Assembly: GCA_020356065.1 (NCBI GenBank)
Contig: CP070632.1
Coordinates: forward strand, 141,262-205,261
Length of the DNA stretch: 64,000 nt
Direction: 5' to 3'
From: Nitrospiraceae bacterium
Lineage (GTDB): Bacteria; Nitrospirota; Thermodesulfovibrionia; UBA6902
The position numbers and the translations under genes were made by a program. This document shows positions 1-8,960 of the stretch, in pieces. The notes under the pieces were generated by a model. The model was given only the letters and a program-made list of their open reading frames with translations, was not told the DNA's origin and did no database searches. Numbering within the stretch: position 1 is the stretch's first letter; every line of letters starts with the position of its first letter.

Positions 1-2
1 AT

Positions 3-569
3 TTTGGGAGCAAACCTCTTCTGGCTCGTCTTGAAGTGAAAGGCAGTCCTCTTTTTCAGGGTGTAATAGTTACATACAAGTCAGCTGCAGTTGAATCAGT
101 TCAAAAGCTGAAAGGGAAAAGCTTTGCATTTGGAGACCCCAATTCAACCATGAGTTATATTGTTCCTCTCACGGTTTTAAATGATCATGGCATCAAGCTG
201 GATGATCTTGCTAAACACTCTTTTTTGAGTGGACACAGTAATGTGGCACTCGGAGTATTGATGGGTGATTTTGATGCAGGCGCTGTAAAAGAAGAAGTAT
301 TCCATGAGTATAAAGACCGGGGCCTGATTGCTCTTGAATGGACCCCAAGGATTTCAGAGCATTTGTTCGTAGCAAAGTCATCACTGCCTGGTTCGATAAT
401 CAATGCGCTGCGGGTCGCACTGTTATCTCTCAAGGATGATCCTGATGCAGGCAGAATCATGTCTTCAATAAAGCAGGGTGTTACCGCACTTGTCCCTGTT
501 GAGGACAGGGATTATGAAAACCTGCGTGACATCATGAAAAAAGCGGAAAAGATAAGCGCCGGTAAATGA
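3..569 (+). CDS. PhnD/SsuA-type periplasmic substrate-binding protein (5' truncated by window edge), partner of downstream sensor kinase
   Basis: Frame open from nt 3; motifs LKGKSFAFGDPNSTMSY, GHSNVALGVLMGDFDAGAV and DYENLR typical of Phosphonate-bd family; stop overlaps the kinase start. Confidence 0.8.
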   Translation, partial: FGSKPLLARLEVKGSPLFQGVIVTYKSAAVESVQKLKGKSFAFGDPNSTMSYIVPLTVLNDHGIKLDDLAKHSFLSGHSNVALGVLMGDFDAGAVKEEVFHEYKDRGLIALEWTPRISEHLFVAKSSLPGSIINALRVALLSLKDDPDAGRIMSSIKQGVTALVPVEDRDYENLRDIMKKAEKISAGK

Positions 570-2710
570 GCAAGATGAAACAATTCAGGTATTCCCGTTT
601 CATACTGACCTTCATTTCAATTCTTTTAATTTTCCTCATTATAGTAATCTCTTCAATCATGTCCCAACATTATGAAATGCTGGACGAAATACATCATGAC
701 ACGCAGAGGGAGCTTGAGCTTATCGGAACCTTTTCACGAGAGGCCCTTCTCAGCAAGGATTATGCATCAATCGAACAGTTCCTCAATCAGTGGGCCAGGG
801 AGCATGAAGAGATACTGGAGATGAAGGCTGTTGCACCGAATGGATTTGTCCTGGTCCATTATAAAAGTTATTCTGAATCAAGCTCCAGCCTGCACCTGAA
901 ACAGCTTGTGACGTTTGAGAACAGGAAACTGCTTGACCTTGAGATGACGAAGGACATGTCGCCGGCTCAATCAAGCATGGTCAGGTTCAGCCTCCCATTA
1001 ATTATCGGATCAATCATACTGACCATTGTTATCGGTATTGTTCTCTGGTATGCAATGAAAAGACTAGCATTACTTCCCATGGAGAGAGAACTGTCAATAA
1101 GAGAACAGGCTGAGAGAAAATTCCGTCTCCTCCTGGAGTCAGCACCCGACGCAATGATCTATATCGACAGTAAAGGTAAAATTCTCATGATTAATGCTCA
1201 GACTGAGCTGATGTTTGGGTATAATAGGAATGAACTCGTCGGTCAGGATATTGAAAAACTTGTGCCTGAGAGCCTGCGTTCAAAACATATTGAGTCAAGA
1301 AATAAGTACTCTTTAAAACCAGCTGCTCGCCCCATGGGCTCAGACATTGAACTCTTCGGAGTAACTAAAAAAGGCAGGGTGTTTCCGGTTGACATAAGTC
1401 TCAGTCCAATAGAAACCGAAGACGGTCTGTTCATTTTAAGCGCTGTCAGGGATATTACAGAACGAATAAAGGCAGCAGAAAAAATAAGGAGAAACTATAA
1501 CTTTCAGACCGCGATCAGTGCAATTCTCAGTATCTCTCTTGAAGCTATACCAATCGAAGAACAGCTCCAGCGCATTCTTGATTCTATTCTTTCAATACCC
1601 GGGCTTTCTCTGGAATCCACCGGATGTATCTACCTTGTCGATGATCAACCTGATGTGCTTGTCATGAAGGCCAATAGAGGACTTCCCGAGTCAATTAAAT
1701 TGGGATGTGAAAAAGTCCCCTTTGATACTTGCCTCTGCGGAGGTGCAGCTGCAAGCGGAAAGGTAATATTTGCGCAATGTACCGATAACCGTCATGATCA
1801 TAACAAAAAACATGAGGATGACTACCTTCATAGTCACTATTGCATCCCGATTATGTCAGGAGATACATCCCTGGGTGTTATCAATCTCGTAGTAAAGGAA
1901 GGCCATGAAAGAAGTACAGATGAAGAAGATCTTCTGAAGTCCATAGCCAGTACGCTGGCCGTTACTATTGAACATAATCATGCTGATATGGACAGGCAGA
2001 AACTTCAGGAACAGCTTGCACAGGCTGAAAAAATGTCAGCCCTCGGACGGTTAACAGCCAATGTTGCGCATGAAATAAGAAATCCTCTCACATTAATTGG
2101 AGGTTTCGCGCGCAAGCTTGATAAGTCCATACCCGAAGGAGCACAAGACAAGGAATTTTCCGGAATAATCATTGCGGAAGTGGAGCGGCTTGAAAAGATT
2201 TTAAGAAATGTTCTCACATACTCGCGTGAAGCTCCCATAAAAAGTGAGCAGTCCGATATAGCACAGATCCTGCATGATTCACTGAATCCGTTCATGGATA
2301 AATTTACAAAACTCTCCATTCAAGTTAAGGAGTCACTCAATAATCTTCCTGCTGTATATGTAGACAGGGACCAGGTAATGGAAGTGTTCAATAACCTTCT
2401 GGCAAATGCCATGGACTCCATGCCAGAGGGAGGAACACTTACCATCTCTGCTGAACATACGATAGTCAAAGAAAAAGATTATCTGGTAGTCAGTTTTGCT
2501 GATTCAGGAGAAGGGATCGCAAACGATAAAATGAAAATGATCTTTGAGCCATTTTATACGACAAAAATCATAGGACAGGGGACCGGCCTGGGATTACCGA
2601 TTTCCAAAAAAATAATGGAGGACCATAAAGGATTTATAAAAGTTGACAGCTCAATGGAGAAAGGAACTACGTTCAGTCTCTATTTCCCGGTGAATGGCAG
2701 AAAAGCATGA
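566..2710 (+). CDS. Membrane sensor histidine kinase (2 TM, PAS, GAF, HisKA, HATPase)
   Basis: PAS (LLESAPDAM...FPVDISLSP), GAF with CLCG/HYC, H-box AHEIRNPL, N-box NLLANAMD, G boxes DSGEG and GTGLGL. Confidence 0.92.
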   Translation: MSKMKQFRYSRFILTFISILLIFLIIVISSIMSQHYEMLDEIHHDTQRELELIGTFSREALLSKDYASIEQFLNQWAREHEEILEMKAVAPNGFVLVHYKSYSESSSSLHLKQLVTFENRKLLDLEMTKDMSPAQSSMVRFSLPLIIGSIILTIVIGIVLWYAMKRLALLPMERELSIREQAERKFRLLLESAPDAMIYIDSKGKILMINAQTELMFGYNRNELVGQDIEKLVPESLRSKHIESRNKYSLKPAARPMGSDIELFGVTKKGRVFPVDISLSPIETEDGLFILSAVRDITERIKAAEKIRRNYNFQTAISAILSISLEAIPIEEQLQRILDSILSIPGLSLESTGCIYLVDDQPDVLVMKANRGLPESIKLGCEKVPFDTCLCGGAAASGKVIFAQCTDNRHDHNKKHEDDYLHSHYCIPIMSGDTSLGVINLVVKEGHERSTDEEDLLKSIASTLAVTIEHNHADMDRQKLQEQLAQAEKMSALGRLTANVAHEIRNPLTLIGGFARKLDKSIPEGAQDKEFSGIIIAEVERLEKILRNVLTYSREAPIKSEQSDIAQILHDSLNPFMDKFTKLSIQVKESLNNLPAVYVDRDQVMEVFNNLLANAMDSMPEGGTLTISAEHTIVKEKDYLVVSFADSGEGIANDKMKMIFEPFYTTKIIGQGTGLGLPISKKIMEDHKGFIKVDSSMEKGTTFSLYFPVNGRKA

Positions 2711-2808
2711 TTTTAAAAACCTTTCCTATCCTTCGAACAGTCTCCTCATGGATTTTTTAAATCGACCTTACTGTACAAGCCTCATTTTAATGCCTGCTAT
2801 AATATGTA

Positions 2809-2964
2809 ATGTCCAAAAAAAGCAAAAAGAATATAAAGGGTAACGTACCGGGTAAAATTACGTCTCATAATGATACGTTTATCTGTTTTAATAAAGAGTG
2901 CAAACTGAGAAAACAGAAGAGTTGTAAAGGCTTTGAGGGGTGTCCGGGATATCTTGGAAAATGA
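2809..2964 (+). CDS. Small basic 4-Cys protein (51 aa), not in ORF track
   Basis: MSKKSKKNIKGNVPGKITSHNDTFICFNKECKLRKQKSCKGFEGCPGYLGK*; extended -10 TGcTATAAT (2795-2803) lies 5 nt before the ATG. Confidence 0.6.
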   Translation: MSKKSKKNIKGNVPGKITSHNDTFICFNKECKLRKQKSCKGFEGCPGYLGK

Positions 2965-2973
2965 GTATATAAG

Positions 2974-3264
2974 TTAAAACCAGAAGCGATAAATTGTTAG
3001 CCAGAATAAGCATCCTGAAAAAGCCAGAATTTTTTCCAGAAAATTCAGCTTTTCCGTCGTTAGTATAAAGTACAGACTTAAGGGAGAAGTGAGGAAACAG
3101 GAGGTAATATATATCCATTTAGAGATCCCCTCTTTTTGTGGTTCATCAGGAAAGATGGAGCAAAAGGGGCATTCAATGTCTCCATCCAGGCGATGCCCGC
3201 ATCGCACACATCTTGTTATTCCCAGTATTTCATCAGTTTCAGGATCGTGCATAGGATTATTCAT
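2974..3264 (-). CDS. Small zinc-ribbon membrane protein
   Basis: CVRC...CPFC followed by two hydrophobic segments. Confidence 0.65.
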   Translation of the reverse strand: MNNPMHDPETDEILGITRCVRCGHRLDGDIECPFCSIFPDEPQKEGISKWIYITSCFLTSPLSLYFILTTEKLNFLEKILAFSGCLFWLTIYRFWF

Positions 3265-3439
3265 TTCACATAGATAGTAATATGCCTGTTTGAATTATTT
3301 CCTGTTATTCGTACCTAACCAGGATCTTCACCAGGATGTCTTTCGGGCTTTGTTTAAAGGAATAACAGCATGAAAATTATGCTACCCGGGAATTGTCTAC
3401 TGGCTGATGAAAGATACCCCAGGATCTATGCCGTTCAGT

Positions 3440-4117
3440 CTACACCCCAAACTCGAGAAAATACTGATAGGGCAGAAAGTCATGTGCCCGGATAAGTCTG
3501 TACCCTGCTTCCTCCAGTTCTCTGATAACAACTTCCTTTGCCAGCTTGTGATGGGGTGGCGGACCATAGGGAAGTTCTTTCTTGTAAAAATCAACAATAA
3601 CCAGTCTCCCCCCATGTTTAAGACTTTCTGCAACTTTAGAAAAATATGTAACTCTGTTATCAATATGGTGATATGTATTGCACAGGAACACAATATTTAC
3701 TGAATCTTTGTCCAGTTCAGGATCATCAGTTTTTACGACCCTTGCCTCATAATTATTCAGTCCCAGTTTCTTCGCATCCTCTTTCATGTACCGGACCATG
3801 GAAGCATCGACATCAAGACCTATGGCTTTGCCGGTTAATGCGGCAAAAGCAAACCTTCGGGTAAAGTAGCCTGTTCCCGCACCTATATCCGCAATTACAT
3901 CACTCAGGTCCACATTCATTGCTTTTATCACTTCTTCAGGTTTCTGCCATTTATGTCGTTCCGGGTCTTCAAAGGCATTAATCCAGTGCTGAATATCTTT
4001 AAACGTGTTCCGGGATAAAGGAGCGGATTTTTCCTGATTTCCCGCACACCCCGACATAACGACCATTGCAATTAACAACACATTAACAAGTATGTTATTA
4101 CATAACCTGCCGGACAT
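3440..4117 (-). CDS. Class I SAM-dependent methyltransferase, predicted lipoprotein
   Basis: IADIGAGTGYF motif I, WQKPEEVI, NTYHHI; signal peptide with lipobox-like MSGC. Confidence 0.88.
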   Translation of the reverse strand: MSGRLCNNILVNVLLIAMVVMSGCAGNQEKSAPLSRNTFKDIQHWINAFEDPERHKWQKPEEVIKAMNVDLSDVIADIGAGTGYFTRRFAFAALTGKAIGLDVDASMVRYMKEDAKKLGLNNYEARVVKTDDPELDKDSVNIVFLCNTYHHIDNRVTYFSKVAESLKHGGRLVIVDFYKKELPYGPPPHHKLAKEVVIRELEEAGYRLIRAHDFLPYQYFLEFGV

Positions 4118-4152
4118 GTAACCCCCTTAAATGAATGAATTTAATCCTGATT

Positions 4153-4923
4153 TTAAAGGGTATTAAGAAAAGCCAGTAAGTCATCTATCTCTTCATCCGT
4201 AAGATACTCAAATGACGGCATCCTGTTAAAGGGCTGTTTAATCTGTTTAATAATATTTTCAGGTAGAGCAGGTTTGTTGCTTACCGGTAATCTGGCATTT
4301 TTTAATACCCTTTTAAGGCCAGGACCGACTTTATATTCAGCACTGTAGGCCTCATGGCAAAAGCTGCATTTGGAGTCGAACAGATTCTTCCCTCGTCCGA
4401 TGCCCTCTGCATCCTCATCTATTATAATTCCCAGGATTTTTTTATTCTTATCTTTTTCAATATTCATTGTGGCTTTATACTGAACAAATGAATTAAAGGA
4501 TGTATCTGTCCCGAATTTAGATATAAGCATATGATATCCTCCCGATAAACTGACAAGTCCGAATGTAAGAATAGCGATTGCAATACCAAGATACCTCACC
4601 TGATCATATGACTGTCTGTATATCCTTATAAATGACAGTTTAATTCCTAGAAGTGCAAGAATCGTAACAGCAATAAAACTGTGAAGTGACGCCCGTGAGG
4701 AGAGTTCGGTTTTTGCTGACGCTATGTAATGAAGACAGAAGTAAGTAATGGTCAGGAATGAAAGTATATACACATACCCTGATATCCTGTGCACTCTCTT
4801 TAAGTTATCGATACTATATTTTTTTTCCCTTCTTCCGAGGACTTCAAACATGCTGAACATTAAGAGAACTGTCAGAACTATTAGAAATAAAGAAAGAATG
4901 GACTTAATGAAAAATATAGACAT
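4153..4923 (-). CDS. Membrane protein (4 TM, His-bearing) fused to C-terminal monohaem cytochrome c
   Basis: TM helices with HRISGY and LHSFIA; CSFCH haem motif; distal RMPSF. Confidence 0.85.
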   Translation of the reverse strand: MSIFFIKSILSLFLIVLTVLLMFSMFEVLGRREKKYSIDNLKRVHRISGYVYILSFLTITYFCLHYIASAKTELSSRASLHSFIAVTILALLGIKLSFIRIYRQSYDQVRYLGIAIAILTFGLVSLSGGYHMLISKFGTDTSFNSFVQYKATMNIEKDKNKKILGIIIDEDAEGIGRGKNLFDSKCSFCHEAYSAEYKVGPGLKRVLKNARLPVSNKPALPENIIKQIKQPFNRMPSFEYLTDEEIDDLLAFLNTL

Positions 4924-5100
4924 ATAATCGTTCGGTTAATAAACATCACCAATTAATATAAAAAGAATTATATCTGATTACAGAATTAACTGTCTAATAA
5001 ACATCAGCACAAAGCTTTCAGCTGTCAGCCGTTAACCGAGATCCCAAAACCATCACCTATCACAATTTACCCCCTGCCCCTTACCCTGTCCTTAATCGAA

Positions 5101-5109
5101 TGATATAAT
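5101..5109 (+). promoter_or_regulatory. Extended -10 promoter, leaderless start
   Basis: TGaTATAAT 6 nt upstream of ATG 5116; no SD. Confidence 0.6.
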
Positions 5110-5115
5110 TTTACA

Positions 5116-7551
5116 ATGAAACACTCATATGCCGTCATATTTCTTGTTTCATGCGCTCTCCTGATGTTTGAGGTATCTCTTATGCGTTTCTTTGCTATTC
5201 ATCTCTGGTATCATTTCTCCTTTATGGTGGTCAGTATCGCAATGCTCGGAGTAGGCACTGCAGGTACTGTCCTTGCCATTGTCTCAGCACGATCTCAATA
5301 TGCAGATCAACGTTTCGATAAACAGAGATTGATATTCAGAAATATTTCAGAATGGATCTGCTCTGAATCAGTCATTCCGCTTTTTGCATTGACTGCCGGG
5401 GTATCGATTATGCTTTCATATCTGGCTGCCAATCGTTTCCCTTTTGATCCGGTCAGGCTTTCATGGGAAAAGTGGCAGATACTGTATCTGTTTCTTTACT
5501 GCACAATTCTTAGTGTACCCTTTTTGTTCTCAGCCCTTCTTATCGCATCCATGTTTTTACACCGAAGTGAAAGGGCAAAATCTATTTACTCCGCTGATCT
5601 TCTGGGTGCGGGTCTGGGGTCAATATCTGTTCTCGCCCTTTTACATATTTCAGGTCCTGAAAATCCGGTCATTTGTGCATCTGTCATGTGCCTGACAGGA
5701 ACATGTATATCAGGAAAGAGAACATATAAAGTTGCAGCCATCCTGCTGATCTTTTCGAACATTATTCTGTTAACTGCCGGTCATGACATACTGGAGCCAA
5801 GATTGTCTCCATTTAAGAAGCTATCCAATTACCTGAAATACCCCGGAGCTGAACATATGAAAACTTATAACAGCTCTTACTCAAGGATAGATGTATTTAA
5901 GAGCCCGGCTGTGCGTCTTGCACCTGGCCTCAGCCTGAAATATCTTAATCCCCTGCCTGATCAGACAGGGATGGCCGTTGATGGAGACAGAATTACTGTG
6001 GTAACAGACGCGTCAGACAAGTCAAAATTACATTTTCTAAGCCATCTCCCCTCCTCTGCCGCATATGAAATAACACAAGATGTCACAGTACTGGTGATCG
6101 ATCCGGGAGGCGGTCTGCAGGCCCTTATGGCTGCATATTATGAAGCAAAAGAAGTACATAAAGTTGAAAGCAATCCGCTATTGCTTAAGATCATAAGGGA
6201 TGATCTGAGTGAATTTTCCGGAGGAATATACGGGGAAAATACATGGACTGGACTGGGACGTAACCGTCTCAGCCTTATGAACAGTGATAAATATGACATT
6301 GTTGATATTCCCATGACGGGGATATCTGTCAGCGGTTCATTTGGCATATCAGAAGACTACAGATATACAGTTAATGCCTTTGAAAAATATTTAGCTGCAT
6401 TAAAGAGAGATGGTATGCTCAGTATCAGCCTTTATATCATCCCTCCGGCAAGAACAGAATTCAGGCTGCTGGCAACTTTATTATCTGCATTTGAAAGAAT
6501 GGGGATAGATGATGCATCAGGCAGAATCGTTGCCATCAGGAGCTGGGACAGCTTGACGATACTTGCGGCAAAAAATCCTTTTACCAAAAAAGAATTGGCA
6601 GGAATAAAGGAATTCTCGGGATCAAGACGGTTTGATATGCTGTATTATCAGGGCATTAAAAAAGAAGAGAGTAATGCATACATCAAGTACGCATCAGATA
6701 ATTATTATGAAGGATTTATCAGTCTGATCGACAGGGAGAAACGTTCGCAATTTATAGATAATTATTTATTTGATATTTCACCGGTCACAGATAATTCACC
6801 TTTTAGCGGATATTATATCAAACTGGAAAATATTAAAGCTATTTATAAGACTATGGGTCATAACTGGTTGTATTTTATGGATGAAGGATACATGCTTCCA
6901 TTCATATTGGCCATACTTGTCATCTCATGCATAATAATCATTTCCCTACCTGCTGTTTCAAAACCCATACGAACAAAGCTAAGGACATATCATCGTTCAG
7001 TCACTGCATCAACAATGGTCTACTTCGCAATGCTCGGTCTCGGATTCATGTTCCTTGAGGTTTCTCTGATGCAAAAGAATATTCTTTTACTCGAAAATCC
7101 GTCATACTCATTTTCGGTCATGCTTACCGCAATTCTTATCAGTTCCGGTGCTGGGAGCTATGTGAGCAGGAGACACACCGGCCTGAGCAGTCCTTTCTTT
7201 ATTGTTGTACTGTCTGCTGCAATTCTTGGATACAGTTATCTGTATCCATTTCTGCTGCACCACCTTGTCTCACAAAACCTTATGACAAAAATACTGTTAT
7301 TGTCGCTGTCTGTCATACCAATCGGTTTCCTCATGGGCATCCCCTTTCCCACCGGCCTGACGCTGCTCGGTAAAAATCATGGATCACTGATCCCATGGGC
7401 ATGGGCCATAAATGCCTGTTTTTCCGTTCTTGCGCCTGTTCTCTCGGTGGCAATTGCACTGTCAGCCGGATTTGATATGGTTTTACATATTGCCTCGGTT
7501 GCATATTTTTTTGCGTTTATATCACTCCTGTCAATTCGGAAGAACACCTGA
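5116..7551 (+). CDS. Polytopic membrane protein with central spermidine-synthase-like SAM-binding domain
   Basis: N- and C-terminal TM bundles (WYHFSFMVVSIAMLG, YSADLLGAGLG, GFMFLEV, IPWAWAINACFSV); central VLVIDPGGG...VESNP; PVTDNSPF. Confidence 0.85.
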   Translation: MKHSYAVIFLVSCALLMFEVSLMRFFAIHLWYHFSFMVVSIAMLGVGTAGTVLAIVSARSQYADQRFDKQRLIFRNISEWICSESVIPLFALTAGVSIMLSYLAANRFPFDPVRLSWEKWQILYLFLYCTILSVPFLFSALLIASMFLHRSERAKSIYSADLLGAGLGSISVLALLHISGPENPVICASVMCLTGTCISGKRTYKVAAILLIFSNIILLTAGHDILEPRLSPFKKLSNYLKYPGAEHMKTYNSSYSRIDVFKSPAVRLAPGLSLKYLNPLPDQTGMAVDGDRITVVTDASDKSKLHFLSHLPSSAAYEITQDVTVLVIDPGGGLQALMAAYYEAKEVHKVESNPLLLKIIRDDLSEFSGGIYGENTWTGLGRNRLSLMNSDKYDIVDIPMTGISVSGSFGISEDYRYTVNAFEKYLAALKRDGMLSISLYIIPPARTEFRLLATLLSAFERMGIDDASGRIVAIRSWDSLTILAAKNPFTKKELAGIKEFSGSRRFDMLYYQGIKKEESNAYIKYASDNYYEGFISLIDREKRSQFIDNYLFDISPVTDNSPFSGYYIKLENIKAIYKTMGHNWLYFMDEGYMLPFILAILVISCIIIISLPAVSKPIRTKLRTYHRSVTASTMVYFAMLGLGFMFLEVSLMQKNILLLENPSYSFSVMLTAILISSGAGSYVSRRHTGLSSPFFIVVLSAAILGYSYLYPFLLHHLVSQNLMTKILLLSLSVIPIGFLMGIPFPTGLTLLGKNHGSLIPWAWAINACFSVLAPVLSVAIALSAGFDMVLHIASVAYFFAFISLLSIRKNT

Positions 7552-7596
7552 TTGCGATTTATACTTTCTTGTTCTTTTCTCACTTAAGTGCTAAAT

Positions 7597-7650
7597 AGGG
7601 ATTAAGATGGGAGCGACTCACCCCGGTGAGTCGCTCCCACCTTGATCCCT
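7597..7650. repeat. 54-nt near-perfect palindrome (REP-like hairpin or terminator)
   Basis: agggattaagaTGGGAGCGACTCACC-cc-GGTGAGTCGCTCCCAccttgatccct. Confidence 0.7.
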
Positions 7651-7800
7651 TGAACCATGACTTATTGCTGTGGTTTTGGAGTTGAGCCTGTTTTTACCTG
7701 TCAGCAGTAAAGCTATTCAAGTCGCTATCTTTTAAAGAAAATTTCAGTTTAGTCCGAGTACATACATATTTCATGTAGTGTGTACAAAAAGGAATGCCCC

Positions 7801-8748
7801 ATGGTAACAGTTTTAGTTGTTAATGACGAAATAAACGTCCTGAATTCAATTGAAAGACTGTTTATCGATTCTGGAATCAGGCTGTTAAGAGCGGAGAATG
7901 CCCTTACAGCACTGGATATTGTAAGCAATGAAAACGTAGCAGTTGTTGTATCAGACCATCAAATGCCGGGAATGAAAGGTATTGACCTTCTCTCAAGGAT
8001 AAAGGATATTTCGCCTGATACCTTCAAAATTCTCATGATAGCAAATACAGATCTTGAAAAAGCAGTTGAAGCAGTAAACACGGGAGATGTGTTCCGTTTC
8101 ATTATCAAACCATGGCAGAATGATTCTATCATAAAGGCTGTCAATGAAGCCATCGAACAGTTCGCTCTTGTGCAGGCTCTGAAAAGCTCTGATGAAAACA
8201 CCCTTCTCTCTCTTGCCGAAGCAGTGGAGTTAAAGGATGGTTATACCAGAGGGCATTGTGAAAGAGTGGCGGATTATGCATTGATAACTGCATCTGAGTT
8301 AAATTTGCAGGATGCTATTAAAACCGACATCAGACATGGAAGCTGGATTCACGATTGCGGCAAGATCGGAATACCCGAAAGTATTCTTAAAAAAAAGGGA
8401 ACGTTAGACGCAGATGAGTTTGAAATCATGAAAAACCATCCTCAATGGGGGGTTGACATAGCAAAAAAGGCTGCAATGTCTCATGCTGTTATCAATATAA
8501 TAAATTATCACCATGAACGTTATGACGGCTCAGGATATCCCGCGGGACTATCATCAGATGAAATCCCTATTGAGGCCCGTATAGTTACCATTGCTGATGT
8601 CTATGATGCCCTTACTACGGAAAGACCGTACCGGGATAAATACAGTAATGAAAAAGCTACAGAAATAATGAGTATCATGAGGGGAAGTGTATTTGATCCT
8701 GATATTCTGGATATATTTCTGGATGTGTATGCAACGGTCACGAAATAG
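7801..8748 (+). CDS. Response regulator with HD-GYP cyclic-dinucleotide phosphodiesterase domain
   Basis: Receiver (VVSDHQMP, KPW); YTRGHCERV, HDCGKIG, HHERYDGSGYP, RPYR; ATG 7801 preferred over GTG 7780. Confidence 0.92.
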   Translation: MVTVLVVNDEINVLNSIERLFIDSGIRLLRAENALTALDIVSNENVAVVVSDHQMPGMKGIDLLSRIKDISPDTFKILMIANTDLEKAVEAVNTGDVFRFIIKPWQNDSIIKAVNEAIEQFALVQALKSSDENTLLSLAEAVELKDGYTRGHCERVADYALITASELNLQDAIKTDIRHGSWIHDCGKIGIPESILKKKGTLDADEFEIMKNHPQWGVDIAKKAAMSHAVINIINYHHERYDGSGYPAGLSSDEIPIEARIVTIADVYDALTTERPYRDKYSNEKATEIMSIMRGSVFDPDILDIFLDVYATVTK

Positions 8749-8782
8749 TGTCTTGATATAACGTACCGTATCCCGTCAATCC

Positions 8783-8814
8783 GGTCAGAGCGACTCCTCG
8801 CGGAGATCCGCTTC
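8783..8814 (+). repeat. Dispersed 32-bp intergenic repeat, copy 1
   Basis: ggtcagagcgactcctcgcggagatccgcttc; 28/32 identical to the reverse complement of 33133-33164. Confidence 0.75.
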
Positions 8815-8960
8815 GGACCTGACCGGAATCTTACTCCAAATGGATCCCCAAAGTAGAGTACCGGCTGGAATGAAAGGATGATCAACGATCGCAAAACTTT
8901 TATTGGAAAATTCATTTATAATTACTGCCAGTACAAATCAATTGCGTACGGAGTTTCATT

